Shown in pieces: positions 1 through 16,166 of a DNA stretch of 37,228 nt. The notes beneath the pieces are model-generated. The model worked only from the letters and a program-made list of their open reading frames with translations. It did not search any database and was not told the origin of the DNA. Source of the DNA: Octopus sinensis (lineage: Eukaryota); the NCBI RefSeq assembly GCF_006345805.1, contig NW_021832769.1, positions 1 through 37,228 of the forward strand, read 5' to 3'. Both the position numbers and the translations under genes were made by a program. Within the stretch, counting starts at the first letter, position 1. The number at the start of each line of letters is the position of its first letter.

Positions 1-121
1 TACATTGTCATTGTCATTTTCATTGTCATTGTCATTGTCATTGTCATTGTCATTGTCATTATCATTATCATTATTATTATCATTGTCATTATCATTAACA
101 TTGTCATTGTCATTGTCATTG

Positions 122-152
<31 letters not shown>

Positions 153-434
153 CATTGTCATTATCATTAACATTGTCATTGTCATTTTCATTGTCATTGT
201 CATTGTCATTGTCATTGTCATTGTCATTGTCATTATCATTATCATTATCATTATCATTATCATTGTCATTGTCATTGTCATTGTCATTGTCATTGTCATT
301 ATCATTATCATTATCATTATTATCATTGTCATTATCATTAACATTGTCATTGTCATTGTCATTGTCATTGTCATTTTCATTGTCATTGTCATTGTCATTG
401 TCATTGTCATTGTCATTATCATTATCATTATCAT

Positions 435-484
<50 letters not shown>

Positions 485-699
485 TATCATTATCATTATC
501 ATTATCATCTTCAATCATTATCATTATCATTATCATTATCATTATCATTATCATTATCATTATCATTGTCATTATCATTATCATTATCATTATCATTATC
601 ATTGTCATTGTCATTGTCATTGTCATTTTCATTGTCATTGTCATTGTCATTGTCATTGTCATTATCATTGTCATTATCATTATCATTATCATTATCATT

Positions 700-740
<41 letters not shown>

Positions 741-768
741 TATCATCATCATTATCATTATCATTATC

Positions 769-833
<65 letters not shown>

Positions 834-951
834 CATTATCATTATCATTGTCATTATCATTGTCATTCTCATTATCATTGTCATTGTCATTGTCATTGTC
901 ATTGTCATTGTCATTGTCATTTTCATTGTCATTGTCATTATCATCATCATC

Positions 952-984
<33 letters not shown>

Positions 985-989
985 TATTA

Positions 990-1035
<46 letters not shown>

Positions 1036-1085
1036 CATTATTATTGTTATTATATCATTATCATTATCATTATTATATCATTATC

Positions 1086-1126
<41 letters not shown>

Positions 1127-1419
1127 CATTATAATTATCATTATCATTATCATTATCATTATCATTATCATTGTCATTATCATTGTCATTGTCATTGTCA
1201 TTGTCATTGTCATTGTCATTGTCATTATCATTATCATTATCATTGTCATTGTCATTGTCATTGTCATTGTCATTATCATTATCATTATCATTATCATTAT
1301 CATTATCATTGTCATTGTCATTGTCATTGTCATTATCATTATCATTATCATTATCATTATCATTATCATTATCATTATCATTGTCATTGTCATTGTCATT
1401 GTCATTGTCATTGTCATTG

Positions 1420-1529
1420 TCATTATCATCATCAAAATCATTATCATTATCATTATCATTATCATTATCATTATCATTATCATTATCATTGTCATTCTCA
1501 TTATCATCATCAAAATCATTATCATTATC

Positions 1530-1564
<35 letters not shown>

Positions 1565-1715
1565 CATTATCATTGTCATTCTCATTATCATCATCAAAAT
1601 CATTATCATTTTCATTATCATTATCATTATCATTATCATTATCATTATCATTATCATTATCATTATCATTATCATTGTCATTCTCATTATCATCATCAAA
1701 ATCATTATCATTATC

Positions 1716-1750
<35 letters not shown>

Positions 1751-1799
1751 CATTATCATTGTCATTCTCATTATCATCATCAAAATCATTATCATTATC

Positions 1800-1834
<35 letters not shown>

Positions 1835-1883
1835 CATTATCATTGTCATTCTCATTATCATCATCAAAATCATTATCATTATC

Positions 1884-1918
<35 letters not shown>

Positions 1919-1960
1919 CATTATCATTGTCATTCTCATTATCATCATCAAAATCATTAT
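1420..1960. repeat. Higher-order repeat, ~84 bp unit marked by TCATTC-TCATTA-TCATCATCAAAA
   Basis: CAAAAT markers at 1433, 1511, 1595, 1697, 1781, 1865, 1949 (spacings 78, 84, 102, 84, 84, 84; all multiples of 6). The marker recurs at ~2,550-2,730 and ~12,890-13,070. Confidence 0.9.
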
Positions 1961-2126
1961 CATTATCATTATCATTATCATTATCATTATCATTATCATT
2001 ATCATTGTCATTATCATTGTCATTATCATTATAATGGTCATTGTCATTGTCATTGTCATTGTCATTGTCATTTTCATTGTCATTGTCATTGTCATTGTCA
2101 TTGTCATTATCATTTTCATTATCATT

Positions 2127-2164
<38 letters not shown>

Positions 2165-2488
2165 TATCATCATCATTATCATTATCATTATCATTATCAT
2201 TATCATTATCATTATCATTATCATTATCATTATCATTATCATTATCATTATCATTATCATTGTCATTATCATTGTCATTCTCATTATCATTGTCATTGTC
2301 ATTGTCATTGTCATTGTCATTTTCATTGTCATTGTCATTATCATTATCATTATCATTATCATCATCATCATCATCATCACATCATCATCATCATCATCAT
2401 TATCATCATCATTATCATTATCATTATCATCATCACCATCATCATCATCATCATCATCATCATCATTATCATCATCATTATCATTATC

Positions 2489-2523
<35 letters not shown>

Positions 2524-2572
2524 CATTATCATTGTCATTCTCATTATCATCATCAAAATCATTATCATTATC

Positions 2573-2607
<35 letters not shown>

Positions 2608-2656
2608 CATTATCATTGTCTTCTCATTATCATCATCAAATTCATTATCATTATCA

Positions 2657-2689
<33 letters not shown>

Positions 2690-2732
2690 CATTATCATTG
2701 TCATTCTCATTATCATCATCAAAATCATTATC

Positions 2733-2764
<32 letters not shown>

Positions 2765-3138
2765 CATTAGCATTATCATTGTCATTATCATTGTCATTAT
2801 CATTATAATGGTCATTGTCATTGTCATTGTCCATTGTCATTTTCATTGTCATTGTCATTGTCATGTCAGTGTCATTATCATTTTCATTTCATTATCATCA
2901 TCAATCATCATCATCATCATCATCATCATTATCATCATCATTATCAATATCATTATCATTATCATTATCATTATCGTTATTATTATTATTATCATCATCA
3001 TTATCATCATCATTATCATCATCATTATCATTATCATTATCATTGTCATTATCATTGTCATTCTCATTATCATTGTCATTGTCATTGTCATTGTCATTGT
3101 CATTTTCATTGTCATTGTCATTATCATCATCATCATCA

Positions 3139-3177
<39 letters not shown>

Positions 3178-3305
3178 TATTATCATCATTATTATTATTA
3201 TATATTATTATTATTATTATTATTATTATCATTATTATTATTATTAGTCATTATTATTATTATTCTTATCATTATCATTATTATTATATTATCATTATCA
3301 TTATC

Positions 3306-3364
<59 letters not shown>

Positions 3365-3557
3365 CATTATCATTATCATTGTCATTATCATTGTCATTGT
3401 CATTGTCATTGCCATTGTCATTGTCATTGTCATTGTCATTATCATTATCATTATCATTATCATTATCATTATCATTATCATTGTCATTATCATTGTCATT
3501 GTCATTGTCATTGGCATTGTCATTGTCATTGTCATTGTCATTGTCATTGTCATTATC

Positions 3558-3592
<35 letters not shown>

Positions 3593-4077
3593 CATTATCA
3601 TTGTCATTATCATTGTCATTGTCATTGTCATTGTCATTGTCATTATCATTATCATTATCATTATTATTGTCATTCTCATTATCATTGTCATTTTCATTGT
3701 CATTGTCATTGTCATTGTCATTGTCATTATCATTATCATTATCATTATCATTATCATTATCATTGTCATTATCATTGTCATTGTCATTGTCATTGTCATT
3801 ATCATTATCATTATCATTATCATTATCATTATCATTGTCATTGTCATTGTCATTGTCATTGTCATTATCATTATCATTATCATTATCATTATCATTATCA
3901 TTGTCATTGTCATTGTCATTGTCATTGTCATTGTCATTATCATTATCATTATCATTATCATTATCATTATCATTATCATTATCATTATCAATATCATTGT
4001 CATTGTCATTGTCATTGTCATTGTCATTATCATTATCATTATCATTATCATTATCATTGTCATTGTCATTGTCATTG

Positions 4078-4108
<31 letters not shown>

Positions 4109-4175
4109 CATTATCATTATCATTGTCATTGTCATTGTCATTGTCATTGTCATTATCATTATCATTATCATTATC

Positions 4176-4199
<24 letters not shown>

Positions 4200-4210
<11 letters not shown>

Positions 4211-4251
4211 CATTGTCATTATCATTAACATTGTCATTGTCATTGTCATTG

Positions 4252-4282
<31 letters not shown>

Positions 4283-4323
4283 CATTGTCATTATCATTAA
4301 CATTGTCATTGTCATTGTCATTG

Positions 4324-4354
<31 letters not shown>

Positions 4355-4407
4355 CATTGTCATTATCATTAACATTGTCATTGTCATTGTCATTGTCATT
4401 GTCATTG

Positions 4408-4438
<31 letters not shown>

Positions 4439-4479
4439 CATTGTCATTATCATTAACATTGTCATTGTCATTGTCATTG

Positions 4480-4510
<31 letters not shown>

Positions 4511-4562
4511 CATTGTCATTATCATTAACATTGTCATTGTCATTGTCATGTCATTGTCATTG

Positions 4563-4593
<31 letters not shown>

Positions 4594-4719
4594 CATTGTC
4601 ATTATCATTAACATTGTTTGTCATTGTCATTGTCATTTCATATCATTATCATTATCATTATTATTATCATTGTCATTATCATTAACATTGTCATTGTCAT
4701 TGTCATTGTCATGTCATTG

Positions 4720-4750
<31 letters not shown>

Positions 4751-4803
4751 CATTGTCATTATCATTAACATTGTCATTGTCATTGTCATTGTCATTGTCA
4801 TTG

Positions 4804-4834
<31 letters not shown>

Positions 4835-4875
4835 CATTGTCATTATCATTAACATTGTCATTGTCATTGTCATTG

Positions 4876-4906
<31 letters not shown>

Positions 4907-4947
4907 CATTGTCATTATCATTAACATTGTCATTGTCATTGTCATTG

Positions 4948-4978
<31 letters not shown>

Positions 4979-5031
4979 CATTGTCATTATCATTAACATT
5001 GTCATTGTCATTGTCATTGTCATTGTCATTG

Positions 5032-5086
<55 letters not shown>

Positions 5087-5269
5087 CATTATCATTGTCA
5101 TTGTCATTGTCATTGTCATTGTCATTATCATTATCATTATCATTATCATTATATTATCATTGTCATTTCATTAACATTGTCATTGTCATTGTCATTGTCA
5201 TATATCATTATCATTATCATATTATTATCATTGTCATTATCATTAACATTGTCATTTTCATTGTCATTG

Positions 5270-5300
<31 letters not shown>

Positions 5301-5351
5301 CATTGTCATTATCATTACATGTCATTGTCATTGTCATTGTCATTGTCATTG

Positions 5352-5382
<31 letters not shown>

Positions 5383-5599
5383 CATTGTCATTATCATTAA
5401 CATTGTCATTGTCATTTCATTGTCATTGTCATTGTCATTGTCATTGTCATTGTCATTATCATTATCATTATTATTATCATTGTCATTATCATTAACATTT
5501 CATTGTCATTGTCATTGTCATTATCATATCATTATCATTATTATTATCATTGTCATTATCATTAACATTGTCATTGTCATTGTCATTGTCATGTCATTG

Positions 5600-5630
<31 letters not shown>

Positions 5631-5754
5631 CATTGTCATTATCATTAACATTGTCATTGTCATTGTCATTGTCATTGTCATTGTCATTATCATTATCATT
5701 TCATTTTTATTATCATTGTCATTATCATTAACATTGTTATTGTCATTGTCATTG

Positions 5755-5785
<31 letters not shown>

Positions 5786-5838
5786 CATTGTCATTATCAT
5801 TAACATTGTCATTGTCATTGTCATTGTCATTGTCATTG

Positions 5839-5869
<31 letters not shown>

Positions 5870-5990
5870 CATTGTCATTATCATTAACATTGTCATTGTC
5901 ATTGTCATTGTCATTGTCATTGTCATTATCATTATCATTATCATTATTATCATTGTCATTATCATTAACTGTGCATTGTCATTGTCATTG

Positions 5991-6022
<32 letters not shown>

Positions 6023-6064
6023 TGTCATTTCATATCATTAACATTGTCATTGTCATTGTCATTG

Positions 6065-6095
<31 letters not shown>

Positions 6096-6148
6096 CATTG
6101 TCATTATCATTAACATTGTCATTGTCATTGTCATTGTCATTGTCATTG

Positions 6149-6203
<55 letters not shown>

Positions 6204-6244
6204 CATTATCATTGTCATTGTCATTGTCATTGTCATTGTCATTG

Positions 6245-6275
<31 letters not shown>

Positions 6276-6316
6276 CATTGTCATTATCATTAACATTGTC
6301 ATTGTCATTGTCATTG

Positions 6317-6347
<31 letters not shown>

Positions 6348-6685
6348 CATTGTCATTGTCATTATCATTAACATTGTCATTGTCATTGTCATTGTCATTG
6401 TCATTATCATTATCATTATTATTATCATTATTATTATCATTAACATTGTCATTGTCATTGTCATTGTCATTGTCATTGTCATTATCATTATCATTATTAT
6501 TATCATTGTCATTGTCATTGTCATTGTCATTGTCATCATTGTCATTGTCATTTTTATTGTCATTGTCATTGTCATTGTCATTGTCATTGTCATTATCATT
6601 ATCATTATTATTATCATTGTCATTATCATTATCATTATTATTATCATTGTCATTATCATTAACATTGTCATTGTCATTGTCATTG

Positions 6686-6716
<31 letters not shown>

Positions 6717-6804
6717 CATTGTCATTATCATTAACATTGTCATTGTCATTTTCATTGTCATTGTCATTTTTATTGTCATTGTCATGTCATTGTCATTGTC
6801 ATTG

Positions 6805-6835
<31 letters not shown>

Positions 6836-6860
6836 CATTGTCATTATCATTAACATTGTC
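4200..6860. repeat. Higher-order repeat array, 72-bp unit with 84-bp variants, marked by TTAACA
   Basis: Unit = ACATTG,(TCATTG)3,(TCATTA)4,TTATTA,TCATTG,(TCATTA)2. TAACA markers at 4226, 4298, 4370, 4454, 4526 (spacings 72, 72, 84, 72). Confidence 0.92.
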
Positions 6861-7327
6861 ATTGTCATTGTCATTGTCATTGTCATTGTCATTGTCATAT
6901 CATTATCATTATCATTATCATTATCATTGTCATGTCATTGTCATTGTCATTGTCATTGTCATTATCTTATCATTATCATTATTATTCATGTCATTATCAC
7001 ATTAACATTGTCATTGTCATTGTCATTGTCATTGTCATTTTTTATGTCATTGTCATTGTCATTGTCATTGTCATTGTCATTATCATTATCATTATCATTA
7101 TCATCATCATCATCATCATCATATCATCATCATTATCAATATCATTATCATTATCATTATCATTATCGTTATTATTATTATTATCATCATCTATCATCAT
7201 CATTATCATCATCATTATCATTATCATTATCATTGTCTTTATCATTGTCATTCTCATTATCATTGTCATTGTCATTGTCATTGTCATTGTCATTTCATTG
7301 TCATTGTCATTATCATCATCATCATCA

Positions 7328-7366
<39 letters not shown>

Positions 7367-8211
7367 TATTATCATTATTATTATTATTATTATTATCATT
7401 ATTATTATTATATTCATTATTATTATTATTCATTATCATTATCATTATCATTATTAATCATTATCAGTATTATATGATTATATCATTATCATTATCATTA
7501 TCATATCATATCATTATCATTATCATTATTATTATCATTTTCATTATCATTACATTATCATTATCATTATCATTGTCATTATCATTGTCATTGTCATTGT
7601 CATTGCCATTGTCTTGTCATTGTCATTGTCATTATCATTATCATTATCATTATCATTATCATTATCATTATCATTGTCATTATCATTGTCATGTCATTGT
7701 CATTATCATTGTCCTTATCAGTATCATTGTCATGTCATTGTCATTATCATTATCATATCATTGTCATTAATCATATTATTATCATTATCATTGTCATTAT
7801 CATTGTCATTGTCATTGTCATGTCATTGTCATTATCATTATCATTATCATTATTATTGTCATTCTCATTATCATTGTCATTTCATTGTCATTGTCATTGT
7901 CATTGCATTGTCATTGTCATTATCATTATCATTATCATTATATTATCATTATCATTGTCATTATCATTGTCATTGTCATTGTCATGGTCATATCATATCA
8001 TTATCATTATCATTATCATTATCATTGTCATTGTCATTGTCATTGTCATTGTCATTATCATTATCATTATCATTATCATATCATTATCAATTGTCATTGT
8101 CATTGTCATTGTCATTGTCTTGTCATTATCATTATCATTATCATTATCATTATCATTATATTATCTTATCATTATCATTATCATTGTCATTTGTTGGGCA
8201 TTGTCATTGTC

Positions 8212-8243
<32 letters not shown>

Positions 8244-9149
8244 CAATCATGTCATTGTCCATTGTCATTGTCATTATCATTATCATTATCATTATCATTA
8301 TCATTATCATTATCATTGTTCCATTGTCATTATTGGTCATTGTCATTGTCATTGTCATCATTATCAATATCAATTATCATTATCATTCATCTAGTAATCT
8401 TCAAATCAGATTATCATTGTCATTATCATTAAAATTGTTCAATTGTCAGTAATTAATCATTGTCATATAATATCATTATCATTATCAATATCATTTCATT
8501 ATTATCAATGTAATCATTGTCATTGTCATTTCATTATCATTGCATTGTTATTGTCATGTCATTATCATCATTATCATTATCATTGTCATTTTCTTACTTG
8601 TCATTGGTCATCATGTCATTATCATCATTCGGTCATTATCATTATCATTATCATCATGGTCATGATTGATTATCAATCATCATTACTCCATACAATCATT
8701 GATTGTCATTATCATTGTCAAATCACATTTATTAATATCATTATTGTCATTGTCATTGGTTGTCACATTGTCATGTATCATTATCATTATCATTATCCAT
8801 TATCATTATCATTATCATTATCATTATCAATTATCATCTTATCATTGTCATTGTCATTGTTCATATCAATTATCATTTATATATATTTATATGTGTCATG
8901 TATTCATATTATCATCAACATATCAATATTCATTGATAATCATATCATTGTCATATTTATTGTATTATCATGTTATATGATTATTAACAAATTATAATTT
9001 CATATATCATGTCATTTCATTAAATCATTATCATTTATTTCATTAGCATTATCATTAATTAATTGTCATATATTATTGTCCATTTAAATCATACATTAAG
9101 TATCATTATTTCATATCTTATCATTATCATTGTAATATTATTATTTTGT

Positions 9150-9188
9150 ATTATAGTTACATTATCATTATTATTGTCATTGTCATTG

Positions 9189-9219
<31 letters not shown>

Positions 9220-9260
9220 CATTGTCATTATCATTAACATTGTCATTGTCATTGTCATTG

Positions 9261-9291
<31 letters not shown>

Positions 9292-9344
9292 CATTGTCAT
9301 TATCATTAACATTGTCATTGTCATTGTCATTGTCATTGTCATTG

Positions 9345-9375
<31 letters not shown>

Positions 9376-9416
9376 CATTGTCATTATCATTAACATTGTC
9401 ATTGTCATTGTCATTG

Positions 9417-9447
<31 letters not shown>

Positions 9448-9497
9448 CATTGTCATTATCATTAACTTTCATTGTCATTGTCATTGTCATTGTCATT

Positions 9498-9528
<31 letters not shown>

Positions 9529-9581
9529 CATTGTCATTATCATTAACATTGTCATTGTCATTGTCATTGTCATTGTCATTG

Positions 9582-9612
<31 letters not shown>

Positions 9613-9729
9613 CATTGTCATTATCATTAACATTGTCATTGTCATTGTCATTGTCATTCATTCATTATCATTACATTATTATTATCATTGTCATTATCAT
9701 TAACATTGTCATCATTGTCATTGTCATTG

Positions 9730-9760
<31 letters not shown>

Positions 9761-9812
9761 CATTGTCATTATCATTACATTGTCATTGTCATTGTCATTG
9801 TCATTGTCATTG

Positions 9813-9867
<55 letters not shown>

Positions 9868-9902
9868 CATTATCATTGTCATTGTCATTGTCATTGTCAT
9901 TG

Positions 9903-9933
<31 letters not shown>

Positions 9934-10043
9934 CATTGTCATTATCATTAACATTGTCATTGTCATTGTCATTGTCATTATCATTATCATTATCATTATT
10001 ATCATTGTCATTATCATTAACATTGTCATTGTCATTGTCATTG

Positions 10044-10074
<31 letters not shown>

Positions 10075-10127
10075 CATTGTCATTATCATTAACATTGTCA
10101 TTGTCATTGTCATTGTCATTGTCATTG

Positions 10128-10158
<31 letters not shown>

Positions 10159-10376
10159 CATTGTCATTATCATTAACATGTCATTGTCATTTTCATTGTC
10201 ATTGTCATTGTCATTGTCATTGTCATTATTTCATTATCATTATTATTATCATTGTCATTATCATTAACATTGTCATTGTCATTGTCATTGTCATATATCA
10301 TTATCATTATCATTATTATTATTCATTGTCATTATCATTAACATTGTCATTGTCATTGTCATTGTCATTGTCATTG

Positions 10377-10407
<31 letters not shown>

Positions 10408-10535
10408 CATTGTCATTATCATTAACATGTCATTGTCATTGTCATTGTCATGTCATTGTCATTATCATTATCATTATCATTATCATTATATTATCATTGT
10501 CATTATCATTAACATTGTCATTGTCATTGTCATTG

Positions 10536-10566
<31 letters not shown>

Positions 10567-10619
10567 CATTGTCATTATCATTAACATTGTCATTGTCATT
10601 GTCATTGTCATTGTCATTG

Positions 10620-10650
<31 letters not shown>

Positions 10651-10703
10651 CATTGTCATTATCATTAACATTGTCATTGTCATTGTCATTGTCATTGTCA
10701 TTG

Positions 10704-10734
<31 letters not shown>

Positions 10735-10775
10735 CATTGTCATTATCATTAACATTGTCATTGTCATTGTCATTG

Positions 10776-10806
<31 letters not shown>

Positions 10807-10924
10807 CATTGTCATTATCATTAACATTGTCATTGTCATTGTCATTGTCATTATCATTATCATTATCATTATATTATCATTGTCATTATCATTAACATTG
10901 TCATTGTCATTGTCATTGTCATTG

Positions 10925-10979
<55 letters not shown>

Positions 10980-11020
10980 CATTATCATTGTCATTGTCAT
11001 TGTCATTGTCATTGTCATTG

Positions 11021-11051
<31 letters not shown>

Positions 11052-11092
11052 CATTGTCATTATCATTAACATTGTCATTGTCATTGTCATTG

Positions 11093-11123
<31 letters not shown>

Positions 11124-11164
11124 CATTGTCATTATCATTAACATTGTCATTGTCATTGTCATTG

Positions 11165-11195
<31 letters not shown>

Positions 11196-11248
11196 CATTG
11201 TCATTATCATTAACATTGTCATTGTCATTGTCATTGTCATTGTCATTG

Positions 11249-11279
<31 letters not shown>

Positions 11280-11463
11280 CATTGTCATTATCATTAACAT
11301 TGTCATTGTCATTTTCATTGTCATTGTCATTTTTATTGTCATTGTCATTGTCATTGTCATTGTCATTGTCATTATCATTATCATTATTATTATCATTGTC
11401 ATTATCATTATCATATTATTATCATTGTCATTATCATTAACATTGTCATTGTCATTGTCATTG

Positions 11464-11494
<31 letters not shown>

Positions 11495-11583
11495 CATTGT
11501 CATTATCATTAACATTGTCATTGTCATTTTCATTGTCATTGTCATTTTTATTGTCATTGTCATTGTCATTGTCATTGTCATTG

Positions 11584-11614
<31 letters not shown>

Positions 11615-11739
11615 CATTGTCATTATCATTAACATTGTCATTGTCATTGTCATTGTCATTGTCATTGTCATTGTCATTATCATTATCATTATCATTATCA
11701 TTATCATTGTCATTGTCATTGTCATTGTCATTGTCATTG

Positions 11740-11770
<31 letters not shown>

Positions 11771-11800
11771 CATTGTCATTATCATTAACATTGTCATTGT
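9150..11800. repeat. Second 72/84-bp TTAACA higher-order repeat array
   Basis: TAAC markers at 9235, 9307, 9391, 9463 (spacings 72, 84, 72), continuing to ~11,790. Confidence 0.92.
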
Positions 11801-11879
11801 CATTGTCATTGTCATTGTCATTTTTATTGTCATTGTCATTGTCATTGTCATTGTCATTGTCATTGTCATTATCATTATC

Positions 11880-11882
11880 ATT

Positions 11883-11941
<59 letters not shown>

Positions 11942-12152
11942 TATCATTATCATTATCATCTTCAAAATCATTATCATTATCATTATCATTATCATTATCA
12001 TTATCATTATCATTATCATTGTCATTATCATTATCATTATCATTATCATTATCATTGTCATTGTCATTGTCATTGTCATTTTCATTGTCATTGTCATTGT
12101 CATTGTCATTGTCATTATCATTTTCATTATCATTATCATTATCATTATCATT

Positions 12153-12183
<31 letters not shown>

Positions 12184-12229
12184 CATCATCATCATCATCA
12201 TTATCATCATCATTATCATTATCATTATC

Positions 12230-12294
<65 letters not shown>

Positions 12295-12386
12295 CATTAT
12301 CATTATCATTGTCTTTCATTGTCATTCTCATTATCATTGTCATTGTCATTGTCATTGTCATTGTCATTTTCATTGTCATTGTCATT

Positions 12387-12436
<50 letters not shown>

Positions 12437-12490
12437 TATTATCATTATTATTATTATTATATTATTATTTTATTATTATTATTATTATCA

Positions 12491-12581
<91 letters not shown>

Positions 12582-12996
12582 CATTATAATTATCATTATC
12601 ATTATCATTATCATTATCATTATCATTGTCATTATCATTGTCATTGTCATTGTCATTGTCATTGTCATTGTCATTGTCATTATCATTATCATTATCATTG
12701 TCATTGTCATTGTCATTGTCATTGTCATTATCATTATCATTATCATTATCATTATCATTATCATTGTCATTGTCATTGTCATTGTCATTGTCATTGTCAT
12801 TATCATTATCATTATCATTATCATTATCATTATCATTATCATTGTCATTGTCATTGTCATTGTCATTGTCATTGTCATTGTCATTATCATCATCAAAATC
12901 ATTATCATTATCATTATCATTATCATTATCATTATCATTATCATTATCATTATCATTGTCATTCTCATTATCATCATCAAAATCATTATCATTATC

Positions 12997-13031
<35 letters not shown>

Positions 13032-13100
13032 CATATCATTGTCATTCTCATTATCATCATCAAAATCATTATCATTTTCATTATCATTATCATTATATCA
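11880..13100 (+). repeat. Long-range duplicate of the ~430-1,700 block (offset ~11.45 kb)
   Basis: Rare markers in the same order: CTTCAA 509/11960, ATAATT 1131/12586, CAAAAT 1433/12894 and 1511/12978. Confidence 0.8.
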
Positions 13101-13108
13101 TTATCATT

Positions 13109-13139
<31 letters not shown>

Positions 13140-13455
13140 ATCATCATCACATCATCATTATTATCTTATTATCATTATTATAATTATTATTATCATTATT
13201 ATTATCATTATTATTATCATTATCATATTATTATTATTATTATATTATTATATTAGTATTATTATCATTGTCATTGTCATTGTCATTATCATTATCATTA
13301 TCATTATCATTATCATTATCATTATCATTGTCATTATCATTGTCATTATCATTATCATTGTCATTGTCATTGTCATTGTCATTGTCATTTTCATTGTCAT
13401 TGTCATTGTCATTGTCATTGTCATTATCATTATCATTATCATTATCATTATCATT

Positions 13456-13508
<53 letters not shown>

Positions 13509-13567
13509 TATCATTATCATTATCATTATCATTATCATCATCATCATCATCATCATTATTATCATTA

Positions 13568-13603
<36 letters not shown>

Positions 13604-13623
13604 CATTATTATTATTATTATCA

Positions 13624-13678
<55 letters not shown>

Positions 13679-13798
13679 CATTGTCATTGTCGTGTCATTG
13701 TCATTGTCATTGTCATTATCATTATCATTATCATTAATCATTATCATCATCATCATCATCATCATATCATCATCATTATCATCATCATTATCATTATC

Positions 13799-13857
<59 letters not shown>

Positions 13858-13867
13858 CATTATCATT

Positions 13868-13907
<40 letters not shown>

Positions 13908-13974
13908 CCATCATCATTATCATCATCATTATCATTATCATTATCATTATCATTATCATTATCATTATCATATC

Positions 13975-14012
<38 letters not shown>

Positions 14013-14115
14013 CATTATCATGTCATCATTATCATTGTCATTCTCATTCTCATTGTCATGTGCATTGTCATTGTCATTGTCATTATCATTATCATTATCA
14101 TTATCATTATCATAT

Positions 14116-14150
<35 letters not shown>

Positions 14151-14194
14151 CCATCATCATTCTCATCATCATTATCATTATCATTATATTATCA

Positions 14195-14248
<54 letters not shown>

Positions 14249-14765
14249 ATCATTATCATTATTCATTGTCATTATCATTGTCATTTTCATTTTCATTGTC
14301 ATTGTCATTGTGTGTCATTGTCATTATCATTATCTTATGACATCATCATCATAAGTCATAATCATCATCATCATCATCATCATCATCATAATCATAATCA
14401 TCATCATCTCATCATCATCATCAATCATCATCATCATCATCATCATTCATCATAATTATTACTATTATTATTATTATTTTATTATTAGATAATTTTATTA
14501 TTATTATTATTATCATTATTATTATTATTATCATTATCATTATTATTATTATTAATTTGTTATTATTATTATTTTATTATTATTATTATTATTATCATTG
14601 TCATTGTCATTGTCATTGTCATTTTCATTGTCTTGTCATATCATTATCATTATCTTATCATCAATCATCATCATCATATCATCATCATCATAATCATCAT
14701 CATCATCACATCATTATTATTATATATCATTATTATAATTATATTATCTATTATTATCATTATTA

Positions 14766-14813
<48 letters not shown>

Positions 14814-14997
14814 CATCATTGTCATTGTCATTGTCATTATCATATCATTATCATATCATTATCATTATCATATCAATTGTCATTATCATTGTCATTATCA
14901 TTATCATTGTCATTGCATTGTCATTATCATTGTCATGCTCATTCTCATTGTCATTGTCATTGTCATTGTCATTGTCATTGTCATTATCATTATCATT

Positions 14998-15035
<38 letters not shown>

Positions 15036-15039
15036 AATC

Positions 15040-15158
<119 letters not shown>

Positions 15159-15181
15159 CATTATTATTATTATTATTATCA

Positions 15182-15224
<43 letters not shown>

Positions 15225-15231
15225 CATTTTA

Positions 15232-15308
<77 letters not shown>

Positions 15309-15416
15309 GTCATTATCATTATCATTATCATTGTCATTGTCATTGTCATTGTCATTTTCATTTTCATTGTCATTGTCATTGTCATTGTCATTGTCATTAT
15401 CATTATCATTATCATC

Positions 15417-15451
<35 letters not shown>

Positions 15452-15516
15452 AATCATCATCAGCATCATTCATCATCATCACATTCATCATCATCATCTC
15501 ATCATCATCATCATAA

Positions 15517-15555
<39 letters not shown>

Positions 15556-15584
15556 GTATTATCATTATTATTATTATTATTACA

Positions 15585-15615
<31 letters not shown>

Positions 15616-15712
15616 TATTTATTATATTATTATTATTATTATATTATTATCATTGCATTGTCATTGTCATTGTCATTTTCATTGTCATTGTCATTATCAT
15701 TATCATTATCAT

Positions 15713-15753
<41 letters not shown>

Positions 15754-15923
15754 AATCATCATCATCATCTCATCATATCATATTATATTATTATTAACAT
15801 TATTATTATATATTATTATTATATTATTATATAAATTATTATATTATTATTATTATTATTAATATCTTATCTTATTATCATTATCATTATCATTATCATA
15901 TACATTATCATATTATTATTATT

Positions 15924-15955
<32 letters not shown>

Positions 15956-16135
15956 ATATTATTATTATGATTATCAATGTCATTGTCATTGTCATTGTTC
16001 ATTTGCAGTGTCATTGTCATTATCATTATCATTTCATTATCTCATATCATCATCATCATCATATCATCATTCATCATCATCATTATCTATTATTATTATA
16101 TTATTATTAGCATTATATTATTATTATTATTATCA

Positions 16136-16166
<31 letters not shown>

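Noticed and set aside
1420-11800. CRISPR-like regularly spaced repeats
   Set aside because: The intervening sequence is the same hexamer rather than unique spacers, there are no cas genes, and the context is eukaryotic.
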